Positions 10,971-55,715 of a stretch of 64,000 nucleotides of DNA are shown here, piece by piece; position 1 is the first letter of the stretch, and each line of letters begins with the position of its first letter. Where the stretch lies: contig MU058213.1 in assembly GCA_013265495.1 (NCBI GenBank), forward strand, positions 558,001 through 622,000. The letters run 5' to 3'. Position numbers and translations under genes: made by a program. Source of the stretch: Vicugna vicugna (Eukaryota). Below the pieces are notes generated by a model that worked only from the letters and a program-made list of their open reading frames with translations, had not been told where the DNA came from and made no database searches.

Positions 10971-12049
10971 GATCAGAGATTTATTAGCTGTGAAAGAAGA
11001 AAAGACAGAAAGAAAGAAACAAAGAGACCAGTGTAACTATGTGTTCTTTTTTCCTCAAGTGATTCATACTCATGTGCCAAGGATTCATAGGCAGTGATAG
11101 AATAATCTCACCAAAAAAGAGCTGATTGGGCTCCTCCTGCCACAGATACCTCGAATATTGGTTAAACTCACCAGATGTTCTGTGTAAATCTTCTCTGAGC
11201 TTCAGTTCATGGCAGTGGAAGTGGAAATTTGGGGACCACATGAGGTAGGTAGGCAGTTAAAGCAGGGCCTTCTGCCTACTGCAGCCCCATTTGAAGGGCT
11301 ATGACCCCAATGAAAGAAGGACTAAAAAAGTGCCCATTCGCCTAGTAAAACAGGGAAGCTCTGGGCATTAAATTTTAGAAATGTTTAAAAGAATATACAA
11401 TTAAGTAATTAACAACAAATTAAAACCTGAGGTGTGTGCTTTACCCTACCCATGTGGCAGGGAACTCCAAATCATAAAAATGGAGCCCGCCACTGCTACC
11501 ACGGGGGCCCCGGCAGAAGCTCACAGAAAACCCCCTTAAAGATGACACATGCCTGTGAGAGCAATGGTAGGGCTTTGCCAGCCAGGCCTTCTGGAGAGGA
11601 ACCACCTAACGGCGACGAGGCCTCTTTCTGTGCATAATCTGAATTTCCATAAAGAGCCTGAGATACCCTTATTGTGGGAAGTTGCTCAGACCTCTCCACT
11701 GTAAAACTGGAGGCAGTTTTATACATCTAGCTACATTATTTATCCCGAAGGAAGTAGCTGACAATTTTCAAGAATTTTTATCTGTTCTTCTGTCAAAAAT
11801 TACAACTGCAAAAGAAAGGTTAGAAAAGCGACAATTCTACAGGGATTTTTAAAAAAGGATATGTACCTTCTCCCCTAGAAATATTCTGAAAAGACACTTA
11901 ATTCCTTGTTCTAAACAGTTATTTGTTGATTCAAGAGTAAACATAAAAGACCATTTCATAAGCTCAAGTCTCAAATTGTTATCCTTGTGTTTTACTTTAT
12001 AAAAAGAAAAACGTTACAACAACAACAACCAGGAATCAAGTATTGGTAC

Positions 12050-12134
12050 CTTTAATTTTATCCTGGTTCTATCTTCCTCGTCAAGCATTTTCTCATCTTC
12101 AAATTCATCTTCATAATACTGAGGATCAAAAGGC
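12050..12134 (-). CDS. LEO1-like exon 6' (85 nt)
   Basis: TTTTAG|GCCT...[37 protein letters not shown]. Confidence 0.75.
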
Positions 12135-12819
12135 CTAAAAATTGTTTTTAATGTAGTATTAGCCATTTGTAGTATTGAATATAATACTATCAAATAATAA
12201 TCTTTACATCTTTAGCATACATTAAAAAAATCACAGTAGACAAACTTCATGTAAAACTTCAAAGTATGCAAATTATTATCACTTCTTGAAATTTGATTTC
12301 AAAACATATTACCAAATGTGACGACTGATTCAAAGTTTTTAAATTTTTTTTTGTTCGGTGAAATGTATCTTCTATTTTTTCATATTTTTAAAGAAAAGTG
12401 TCATGTTTAATTGCATAAGAGCTTATACTCATGCATCTTCATGAATAATACCAACCAATACTATTTTATTGTCCAAAATCATTGTCTTTTCTAGATTCAC
12501 AATGGCTTTTGCATTTAACACTAGTGATTTCTCTAGCAAACTTTCTACGCTTATTTTACAATTTTTCCAGCTTTATCAGCTATGTCTGTTCGTTTATAAG
12601 GAAGTGCCAAAATGCTAGCAGAATTATCAGCATTAAAACTTTTCCCACAGTAATTCATCATTTTTCTACTATAGCACATCCTAAATTTATTTTTTTTAAA
12701 GCCACATGAGAAACCTCCCATCTTGCCGATTAGCCAACTCATTATAAGAAAACATTTACGTTCCACATATTTTTTACTCAATATCTTGGGGGGGGGGAAA
12801 CTTTTATCAGTCCTCTTAC

Positions 12820-12965
12820 TTGGGTTCTATGCTGAGAAATCTGGGTAGTTTAACAAAGTACAATACATTTCCTAAATCAGAGTAGATACTGGGAATTTCT
12901 ACTTCTATTTTGGTTTCAGAAATCGGCTCTTCCTCCTGCTGGTCCTGCGGCACTCCACGTCCATC
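12820..12965 (-). CDS. LEO1-like exon 5' (146 nt)
   Basis: CTTAG|GATGGA...[59 protein letters not shown]. Confidence 0.75.
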
Positions 12966-13600
12966 CTAAGAGAGGAATCAGAGGAATCAGAACGTGAGAG
13001 CTTGAGCTGACGTGAGAAATGCTCTGGCTCCCCTTCTGCACTGTGCAGATGCAGGTTTGACAGAAGTCAGTTTAGACACCACTTCAGAAACAGAGCAGTC
13101 AGCAACCAACCCCTCCAGGCCTCTCCTTAAAATTTCATCCTTTCCTCCCCTCCTCCCCCCAAACCACCATGCAAAACAAGATCTGGTAGCCTGCATTACC
13201 AGAAAAAAGTCTCGACACATCTAGCTTGCATAAGATGTTTAACAACAGAAGTGTGAAATTATGCAACCCCTCAATACAAGGTAACTATTTACATCACAGA
13301 AGAATGTCCAGAAACACACACTCCTTGGCACAGGTTTGAGTAAGAAAAACTTAAAGGTTTTCAAATGAGTTCTCACAGTCTAGTCCCTAAAGTTTGGTAT
13401 GAGACTCATTCTGAGCAGTTCCTTCCATTCCCTTTAATATCCAGAAATTCCCAACATAGTTAAGTCACCTGTTCATCAGATATTTCAGACTGCTACTCAT
13501 TATCCATGTCCTCTCTGTTCAAGAGTTGGATCCATCAGCCTCTGAAACCTTTTCTTAGCTTTGAACAATGGGACCAGTTGAGATTAGTGACTGTACTTAC

Positions 13601-13695
13601 AACAGGCTGTCCTGGAATAGGTGGTTGATTGTCCCCATCACTCTCAGAAGAAATGTCATCTATGTCTCCGAACAGGTCCATGGTCCCACTATAAT
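13601..13695 (-). CDS. LEO1-like exon 4' (95 nt), containing the candidate start ATG at 13681-13679
   Basis: TTGAAG|ATTATAGTGGGACCATGG...GTT|GTAAGT; (D)[31 protein letters not shown]; Kozak ACCATGG. Confidence 0.7.
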
Positions 13696-13901
13696 CTTCA
13701 ATGTTGGGAGAAAATGCCCAGTATTAATTTCTCTGACTGAAACCCTTAACACAGTTCTCAGCCCATCACCTCAACATATTCCCAAGATTCATAAACCAAC
13801 CGCAAACTGGCTTGGCTCCCTGAGTCTGGCCGTCAGAAGCCTGACAAGAGCATCTGTGGAGAAGGAAGGTGGCAAAGTTGGTTGGTGGAAGGCAAAGTAG
13901 C

Positions 13902-14360
13902 TGTGACAGCCAGCTTTCAAGAAGGGGACGGTGACTCCTGCCTCTGGTATTCTTGCCCGTGTGCAGTCCCCTCCAACACTGTGTCGTGGTTGGTCTATGT
14001 GGGCAATAGAATACAGCCTCGCTTCCAAGGCTGGGCATGACATCGTGGCTTTTCTGCCTCACTTTTTCCCTGGGGTCACTTACTCTAGAGGAAGCCAGCT
14101 GCCATGATGGGAAGATACTCAAACTGCTCTGGAGAGGTTCCTGTGGTGAGAAACTGAGGCCTCCTGCCAAGAGCCATGGGAGTGAGCCATCTTGGAAACA
14201 GACCCTTCAGCCCCAGACCAGCCTTTACATAACACAGCCTCAGCCAATATCTTAATTGCAGTCTTGTGAGAGACCCTGAGCCAGAACCACCCTGCTAAAC
14301 CATTCCTGACCCTCAGAAACCATGAGATATATTAATGTTGTTTTAAGCTGGCTCTCTTAG
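13902..14360 (+). mobile_element. MaLR solo LTR (MLT1F-like)
   Basis: TGTGACAGCCAGC..., GAGGAAGCCAGCTGCCATG, GAAACTGAGGCCTCCTGCCAA, GAGACCCTGAGCCAGAACCAC, TGTTTTAAGC. Confidence 0.7.
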
Positions 14361-14489
14361 GGTATGGAGTTGGAGAAACTGAGGGGTGGTATGTAGGTCA
14401 CACAAGATATATCTGCTCTAACACACCTATCTCCCTAAGTCTTCGGATTCCCACAAATTGACTAAAACGTGGGCAGAACACCTGGATGG

Positions 14490-15440
14490 GCTTTTTTCCC
14501 AAAGAACATGCAGAAGGCTAACAGGCACATGAAAAGATGCTCAACATCACTAATCATCAGAGAAACGCAAATCAAAACCACAGTGAGATATCACCTCACA
14601 CCTGTTAGAATAGCTATCATCAAAAAGTCTACAAATAGCAGGTGTTAGCGAGGCTGTGAAGAAAAGGGAACCCTTGTACACTGTTGGTGGGAATGTAAAT
14701 TGATGCAGCCACAATGAAAAACAGTATGAAGTTTCCTGAAAAAAACCTAAAAAATTCCTACCATATAATCCAGCAATTCCACTCCTAGGTATATATCTGG
14801 AGAAAAAAAAAAAAAGACCAAAAACACTAATTCAAAAATATATATGTACCATAATGTTCATAGCAGCATTGTTTATAATTGCTGAGATATGGAAGCAACC
14901 TAAGTGTCCATCAACAGATAAATGGATAAAAAGAGATGTGGTATATATGTACAATGAAGTTTTACTCAGCTATAAAAATGAAATTCTATTTGCAACAACA
15001 TGAATGGACCTAAAGGGTATGAGTAAAATAAGCCAGAGAAAGACAAATACTGTACAGTATCACTTATATGTGGAATCTAAAAAATAAATCAGTGAAGATA
15101 ACCGAACAAACAGACTCCCAGTTATAGAGAACAAACTACTGGTTACCAGTGGGGAGAGGGGGTGGGGGTGGGGGTAAAATAGGAGTAGGGGATTAAGAGG
15201 TACAAACTACTGTGTATAAAATGAATAAGGTACAGTGATGTCCTGAACAGCACAGGGAAGATAGCCAATATTTTGTAACTTTACATGAAGTATAATCTGT
15301 AATTATAAATATTTGAGTCACTATGCTGTACTCTTAAAACTAATATAATATTGTAAATCAACACTACATCAATTATAAAAAAGTTACACAACATTGTAAA
15401 ATGATTATAAATCAATAAAAAATGTTAAAAAAAAAAAAAG
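14490..15440 (+). mobile_element. L1 3' fragment (ORF2 end and 3' UTR), ending in a short younger L1 tail
   Basis: CACATGAAAAGATGCTCAACATCACTAATCATCAG, CAATTCCACTCCTAGGTATATA, poly(A). Confidence 0.85.
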
Positions 15441-16227
15441 TTCCCTCAGAGAGGCAAACTGTTTCCCACAGGCAAGGGAGGCTCAGAGGAACTAGGAAAT
15501 TTGTTTCTCAGCTTCCTCTGAGTCCAAACAGATACCCCCACCCCTAGTTTCTTTCTCAATCAGTGCCCTTTCACGTGAGAGACTTGAAGAGGCTGTGAAG
15601 TCAACGATGCTGCAGTTCTGCAACCACACAAAAATATGTTTGATTTTCAGCTACCTCAGTGTTCTGACTACAGAATAAGAGATTTCTTCAGCGCTGTCAT
15701 GAATCCTCCCTGGTTCTCTGACCATGACTTAAGCTGAAGTTTAAAGATCGAGGCTTGTAAACTCTCTGTAAGTGTTCCAGGGCGCTGGGAAGCATCCATC
15801 CCACAGCGCGGCCCTGACCGTCGTCAGGACTGCCTAACAAGCGCAGCAGCCTCTTGAGCCTGCAACCATAGGGACAGCGAGACCCGTCACGGGGCCAGGG
15901 CGCACCCTGGGTCACCAGCATCCTGCTTCCCACTGGTGAGGAGCTCAGACCTGCATTCAAACCCAAATCGATCTACACGTCTCACCTTCAGGAATTTGTT
16001 TCCTGGACTATCCAGACAGGCCCTAGTTGGGCAACAGGAAACATACCAGTTATCTATACAGATAGAATTTAATATTTTTTAAAATTGTAATTAGCTTTAA
16101 CGTTGTTCATTAGGTAACAAAAAGTATAGAAAGCACAGAAGGAGCAAATTCAGAGAGCAGCTTCCACCCCTACAGATGAGGGAACAAAGGGAAGAGGTAG
16201 AATTATTATTACACTTAAAAAACTTTT

Positions 16228-16360
16228 GGGGGTGGGGGGAGGGTACAACTCAGGGGTAGGGTGGGTATTTAGCATGCATGAGGACCTGGGTTCAATCCCC
16301 AGGACCTCCATTATATAAACAAACCTAATCACCTGCCCCCCCCACGAAAAATTCAAAACA
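16228..16360 (+). mobile_element. tRNA-derived SINE (Vic-1-like)
   Basis: TTAGCATGCATGAGGACCTGGGTTCAATCCCCAGGACCTCC...AAACCTAATCACC. Confidence 0.8.
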
Positions 16361-16764
16361 ACAATTTATACACAGGGTCCTTGGAGCTGGAACTCATACC
16401 TGAGGAGAAGTGTCCAGTTAGTTCTGATGTCTCTCAGGCTCTTCAAGTCTTGGTAAAGCTGCACACTGGACTGAGCTGCTGCAGGAAGAAACTGCCTCTG
16501 CTGGGGTGAAGTGTTGGTGGGCCCCCTGAGAAAAACTGCAAGTAAACAGGAAGCCCCTAGAAAGTTCCACAAACAAACAGGAAGGAGCAATCTCTGCTGT
16601 TATCCAGGTTTCCAGTCTTCCTTCTCTAGCGCCCCTAACAGGCAGCACCTGGCAAAGCTGAAATAAGGTTGCAGAGTCTTGCCCTTTATCTCTCAGCCTG
16701 GCAGCCTGGTATGGAGGGCTGGTTTGGAGATGAGAGACAAGAGCTTAGTCACTGACACAAGTGA

Positions 16765-16849
16765 AAGGAAGAAAGGAAGGAAGGAAGGAAGAAAATAAAT
16801 AAAATAAAAAATGAAATGAAATACAATAAAACAAAACAAAACAAAACAA
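16765..16849 (+). repeat. Compound A-rich simple repeat (GGAA/AAAT/AAAAC)
   Basis: Direct reading. Confidence 0.8.
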
Positions 16850-16902
16850 TGTTGCCTTAGAAGGGACAGAGTCAGAATGACGGCTCTTAAAAGCCAGACA
16901 TA

Positions 16903-17032
16903 GGGAGAGGGTATAGCTCAAGTGGTAGAGCACACGTTTGGGATGCACAAGGTCCTGGGTTCAATCCCCAGTACCTCCTCCAAATAGAAATAAATAAACC
17001 TAATTACCTCCCCCTCATAAAACAAACAAATG
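16903..17032 (+). mobile_element. tRNA-derived SINE (Vic-1-like) with target-site duplication
   Basis: SINE body flanked by AAAGCCAG(A/G)CATAGG at ~16890-16904 and 17033-17047. Confidence 0.88.
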
Positions 17033-17289
17033 AAAGCCAGGCATAGGAGTTTCAACTTAGTAAGCCGAAAAATAGCAAGGGACGGAAGGCTTCTTAGGAA
17101 TGTGACACAGTGGTGACTTAGGACCGTCTCTTTCCATGTCACTTTTCTTTATAACCAGGCTTCAGGGAAAGCCTCCCACGGCCACAACTGCTAGATTGTA
17201 TTAACAGCACTAGATCGAGTCCGTTCATAAGGGAAAGATTAGTGTGTGTAGACCACCACCATAGAAAAGAAAAATATTTATCTTAAATA

Positions 17290-17834
17290 TGGATTTAAAA
17301 CATACCTAATTCTTTGCCATTGCTACCATCAAGGAGTCAGAATTTCCCTCCCTTTGAATATGGGCTCACATTAGTGACTCACTTCTAATGAACAGAATGT
17401 GTTAGATTCTGATGTGATTTCCAATACTAGTCATAAAAGGTAATACCAAAAATGGGCAGTACAGCTCTCACTCGGTCTGCTCTCTTGGGGTGCTCACCTT
17501 CGGAACCCAGCCTTTGCAGATGTAATTAGTTAAGATGAGGTCACACTGATTTTGGCTGGCCCTAAACCCATTGATTGGTGTCCTTATAAAAAGAGGGAGA
17601 TCTGGAGACACACTGAGGCACAGAGCAGACACACAGGGAAACGATCCACGTTAAGACAGAGGCAGAGATTAGAGTTATGCTGCCATAAACCAAGGATCAC
17701 TGGGAGCCACAGAAGCTAAGACACGCAAAGAAGGTGACACCTGATCCAGGCTCCAAACTGTATGGAGTACATTTCTATGGTTTTAAGCCACGCAGTTTGT
17801 GGTACTGTTACAGCAGCCCTTGCAAACGAATACA
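17290..17834 (+). mobile_element. MaLR LTR remnants (older MLT1 piece followed by MLT1B/C-like piece)
   Basis: TTTGCAGATGTAATTAGTTAAGATGAGGTCA...GGTGTCCTTATAA...TTTAAGCCAC.CAGTTTGTGGTACT.GTTACAGCAGCC...AATACA. Confidence 0.7.
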
Positions 17835-18042
17835 ATTATGGAGGCTTTCTTTGTGCTCTTTTTCAAAACTCTGTGCCTGAGAAGGACGCCTCACTCACCT
17901 GACCTTGTCCTGGCCAGGAAGCTTCTTTGTGGGGCCTGGAAGAATTCACTGAAACTTGCGACTCAGTGTAAAGCATTAACGAAGTCAACCTGCTTTGGGA
18001 GGAGTCAATTTCTTAAACAGAGACTTGCTTTTTAAATTTTTT

Positions 18043-18048
18043 TTTATT
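18043..18048 (-). terminator. LEO1: LEO1 AATAAA poly(A) signal
   Basis: TTTATT on + strand, ~115 nt after the stop codon. Confidence 0.75.
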
Positions 18049-18163
18049 ACAATTAAAATTACACAAGAGCAAATCAATGTATTTCAATCAAAATAACTCA
18101 TGTTTACATCATATTTATAAAACAAACTGTACAATAAAATATATAGTTTTCACATTTTGCACT

Positions 18164-50934
<32,771 letters not shown>

Positions 50935-51389
50935 TGCCGCGCACGTCCGGGGCTATCTTGCCTAGAGGCGGCTCCGCGACTGTCTTTACGGCACTGAACC
51001 AACGAATCGCGACAGTGTCGCAAAGATTCGCTGAACGTCTAATTTCCTCCTGTAAAACTAGTGTTCGCGTGCCTCGTGGACCTATACTTGTCGACTCTTA
51101 CATGTCCACAAATTACGTCCTTTCGTCAGTATCTATTCTTATTATCGAGGATTTTTACCCGAGTGCACCCAATCTGGGTGTCAGTGGAGCGGGCGGCGCT
51201 TGGGAGCTCCTGGTGTTAAACCTGCCAGGAGTCAGGCCTGGAGTTCTTTGTTTCATATCGATGAGCTGTTCTCAAATTGTTGCGAACTCCAAAGCGCTTT
51301 TGTTCATGTGGGTTATATGCCATTTACCGTATTAGTAATTAAGGCAGAAATTTTTTAAATTCTTTTTGAAATAATAAGTTCACTAGTAG

Positions 51390-51657
51390 CATTTGAAAAA
51401 TTTAAGTGACTATTTTCTGAAACAAAAATTGAAGAGTGGAATTGTTCTACAGTTTTGAAAATACCTGTAATATTTAAAAGGCTTAAAAGAAAACAGCTGA
51501 ATTTTCATACCTGCTTCTACATTCAGTCTGTTGATAAAGGTTTTGGTTGAAGCAGATAAAGAAAATCTGGCCTCACACATGTAAGTGATTGGGAAAGGGA
51601 GGACCTCCCATACCCCTAAAAGGGTCTTCCTCGGGCCACTGTTTTGACAACCACGGC
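51390..51657. mobile_element. hAT-Charlie-like DNA transposon remnant
   Basis: GAAGAGTGGAATTGTT, ACAGCTGAATTTTCATACCTGCTTCTACATTCAGTCTGTTG resemble Charlie1-family sequence as recalled. Confidence 0.5.
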
Positions 51658-54600
51658 TTTAAAGCAGTGTATCGCAAACATCAAAAATGTTCCATCCTAA
51701 CCCAGTACACACTCTTATGTACAACATGGAAATAAATATTTCGCAAAACAATACTTACCTACTAAGATGCAGCCTGAGATTTCCTGTTCTCTTTTATTTT
51801 GTTCTATTTCAGCTCGATTTGTTTTTAATACTGACAGGTGGTACATCTACTAAATTGATTCCAGGATTTACTAATGGATTGCAACCTGAATCTAGAAAAA
51901 CAGTATTCAGAGGGGTCGATTGGCTTTATTTTTTTCGGGAAAAAGTTTGATTTTGCTAGGAAATGTGGCTACAATTTTACATTATAAAATCAGGCAGTAA
52001 TAGAATTTTCATAATAGGTCAGTGTCAGGTAACCCCTCTTGCTTTACAGAAGCTCAAAGAAATGAACTGACTTGCACATGTTAAACAACTAGGTCGTTTT
52101 TAGGAAGCTTAAATTTTTAGTTTTCAAGAATGTACATCCTGTATTAAAGTATTACTTGCTTAGATCAATATGAGAGGTTTGATCTTGGACAAGCAACAGT
52201 GGGTATTTAGTTTGGAGATTATGAGATATATTTTTGTTGCAAAAAGGAGTACCTGACAGGGTTTAAATGGGCAAGAAATGGGACTGAGTATGTTATCCTA
52301 GAGCTATTGTGTATAAAGTCGATGATATAAGACTAGGTAGATGGAATCACTTCAAAACTTCCTGAAATACTGGAAAAACAAGTATTCTATTTGTGCTTCA
52401 GTTCCGTTTTCATTTAGAATACTATCCTTGAAAAATGTATTGATTAAATCTTAACAAATTGAATTACAGTGAGGGCCACTGAATCATCCTGCCCGTATTC
52501 TTAACTAGCAGAATTAATGTGTTTATTCCATATGAACAGGGCAAAATAAATAACTTCTGGTTCTTTGATTTGTTTTTGTTTTTGCTACATTTTATGCTGA
52601 TCATTGTCTTCTATTCAAGTTGCCTTTCTTCAGACAGGATATGATACATTCAATTAGATTTCAGCTAAATCAATCACATTTTCCGGTACTGCTTACCTCA
52701 AGTTATACCCAGATCACTATCACTGATTTTAGAGTGCTAAAATTGCCTTTTCACTTACTACCAGAGACGAGAAGTTCATTCAATTGGGTTTGTGTTTCAC
52801 TAATTTAACTTTGGGTATTAAGATAATCTCTTTGCTCCCAGGGATGGAGAATTTCATCTATTAGCTGTTGAATTGGACAGAACTGCTAACATCTTTTTTC
52901 CCAGTTTTTGAGAGTTTGTCTTTCTCCCATGTTCTGCCTTTATAAGATCCTCAAAAGGTGACCAATATCCGCAAGTCAAGGAACAAAGATTCAACTAGGT
53001 TGACCGATAAAATAAACATAACACGATTAGTGTATCATTATAAATGTTTTAAGAGAGTAACTACATACCTTTAAAATTTATAAAATCTATACTTACATCA
53101 AGTTGCAAAACAGGGATATGTGTTTTGAAATTTGACTTGTGTACCATCTTAAAGACTTAGAGGGAAAACAACAGCTTGATTAAACAATATGTTAAAAATG
53201 TACTGAAAATTCACTGAAAATTCACTCAATTTATGGTAAACTGCCACTCCATGGCGGATCATGTGGCTTATTTCTGAGTACTTTGTGGAAGGAGCTAGCC
53301 TTTAGAGGGCACAGATTGATCTGAACTAAAGAGAGGAAGAGGGAAGTCCTGAGGTTTCTATCGCAGTAAGTGAACAGACACAAAGCTTCACTTACCGTCT
53401 GCCGTTATTAGTTCCTTACTAAACAGTCCCTGCTGTAGGGATATAAAAATAATAACAAACATGCTTGCTTCATATACATAGGAGAGCTTAGGGGGAAATG
53501 AAACAAGTCTTCTAAAACATCTGAAGAATTTAAGTTTTAGAGATACATTATAAACTATAATCAGGTGCTGAAGACTGGGAAGCCAGAACATGATTAATAT
53601 GGTTGGGAGTTAGGAAAGGTGCCAAAAAGAGGGCTAAACCAAGGAAGAGAAAAGCCTTAGAGGCAGAAAACCCAAGACTGGACAGAGGCAAAGGGAATGG
53701 GTAGGATGTATGGTGGGCCTTCAGGCCCAGAGCGATGCTGGTCCAGCCTGGAGCAAGAAGACAGAAGGCTCTGTGAGAGAACAGACTGAGAATACCTGAT
53801 ACATTCACTCACCCAGTAAGGGTGTAAGTGCCTTCTCTGTGCCAGAAACTATTCCAGGCACTAAAGATACAACAGAGAACAAAACAGACAAAGTATCTAT
53901 TCTCAGAAACTTGCATTTTGGTGGAAGATGAGGCATAAAGGAATATACTAATAAATTTAGAAATGCAGGCCTTTTCCATTTTATATATTCATATCTGATG
54001 TATCTGAATATTTTAAATAGGTATTTCTCAGTAACTAGTATATAAAAAATTTGTAACTGACACATTAAAACTAAGCAAGCAGAAAACCAAGGCAATCATT
54101 AACTCTAAGAAAAACAAAATGAGTGTACATGCAGTAAGTATACTGCACGTGGCTCTGCTGGTAATAGTAATAACATAATATATAATACCTTGTGCCAGGC
54201 ACTGTTTTAAGTGCTTTTTATATACAGGTCCACAGTCCTTTATCTGAAACCCTTGGAGATAAAGGGTTTAAAATTCAGGTATTTAAAATTCAGTGCATAG
54301 TCTCTTTATTACGTAACACATTCAGCTGGGTCTGAGCAGTATCCTATAATCAAAATTAAATTTCTATGGTAAAATGAACTCAAATCCAAATTAAGAGGGA
54401 TAAACAAAACTTTAAATAGCTTTAGGTCAGTTCCAGGAAGCCACCAAATGAGTTGTGAAAGAATTTTTCATTTCAGAATTGTGGATAAGGGCTTGTGGGC
54501 CAGAACTAACTTATTCAAACCTCACAACAACCTAAGATAGATCCTGTCATATTCCTATTTTATATGTCAAGAACCTGAAGGAAACACACAGAAGCTCCGT

Positions 54601-55567
54601 GGCTTTGCCCTAAGTCACATAGCTAATAAGACTTGCTTAGTCATAGTAATGTAAACTCAAGACTATTTTAAGTATGGTAGTGCTTTGACTTTTAAAATGT
54701 CACACACACATACTCATAATTTTAGTGAGGAATATTTTTATGTTATATGGCAGGATCCAAGATACATGAATAAGGAGGGAAAAAAAACCATTCTGAATAG
54801 TGTGGATATAAAGCTACCATTAAAATTTCAATGGGTGTGTGTGTAACATGTAAACGGATAGGCTATCTCTGGAAGACTGCAATAGAACCTGGAAACAGGA
54901 GTTGCCTCCAAGGAGAGGAACTAGGGAACTGGAGGAGCAGGAGAGAAACTTCACTCTGTGTACCTTTTTGTACCATTTGCGTTTTGTATCAAGTGACTGA
55001 TTAAATTTAAAAGATAGATATCAAAGTATCAGTACTGCTTCATTAACTCTAGACGCTGAGTGAGCTTTTATTGTATCTGTTCTTTTCTGTGCTGTCTAAA
55101 TTTTCTACAATGAATATGTATCTGCTTTAGAATAAGTGGGGGGAAAACTAGAGAGTACATTCTTCATTCAACGATATTTTTCCTACTAATTTGGTATCTA
55201 GGATTCTATGTCTATGAAAGTCTTCAGATTCTGAAGAATGAGTAAATGTGGCGTTCTTGGACTAACAAATCAAAGTTATCCTTATCCTCATAATCCACGG
55301 TGGGCCTCCAATGCCTTTTTTTTTATAGGAAGGAGCTTTGTTTAGTCAGTTGGAGTTATAAAAGCTATTTGAATGTAAAGCCGATTACCTCATGGAAGTT
55401 TTCAGGCTATCAAGAAAAGACAGGAATATACATCTCATAATACAGCTTGAGCTGTTTTCCAAAATGACAGCAAGCCCTTTTGCCAAATCTTTTTCTTCTC
55501 AGTTTTATAAGATTCAAATGTCAACTCTAAAGAACATAAATAATTGTTCCTTATGCAAACAAGAGTT

Positions 55568-55715
55568 TGGAGGGGGAAATATGAGCTTGGATCAAGTGGT
55601 AGAGCACATGCTTAGCATTCACGAGGTCCTGGGTTCAACACCCCAGTACCTCCTCTGAAAATAAACAAACCAAATTACCTCCCTTCCGTCCCCCCCCCCG
55701 CAAAAGAAAACAAAG
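55568..55715 (+). mobile_element. tRNA-derived SINE (Vic-1-like)
   Basis: CAAGTGGTAGAGCACATGCTTAGCATTCACGAGGTCCTGGGTTCAACACCCCAGTACCTCC. Confidence 0.8.

Larger units (their letters stand above)
5450..13695 (-). other. LEO1-like tandem paralog (unprocessed duplicate of LEO1 exons 4-12); candidate protein-coding gene of ~301-315 aa or a decaying pseudogene
   Basis: Nine exon homologues in the same order and strand as LEO1, with GT-AG boundaries and diverged but alignable introns. Confidence 0.9.

Noticed and set aside
5450..13695. Second LEO1 copy as a processed pseudogene or an assembly false duplication
   Set aside because: It retains introns at LEO1 positions, and most of it is too diverged (~19% aa, copy-specific insertions) to be a haplotype duplicate
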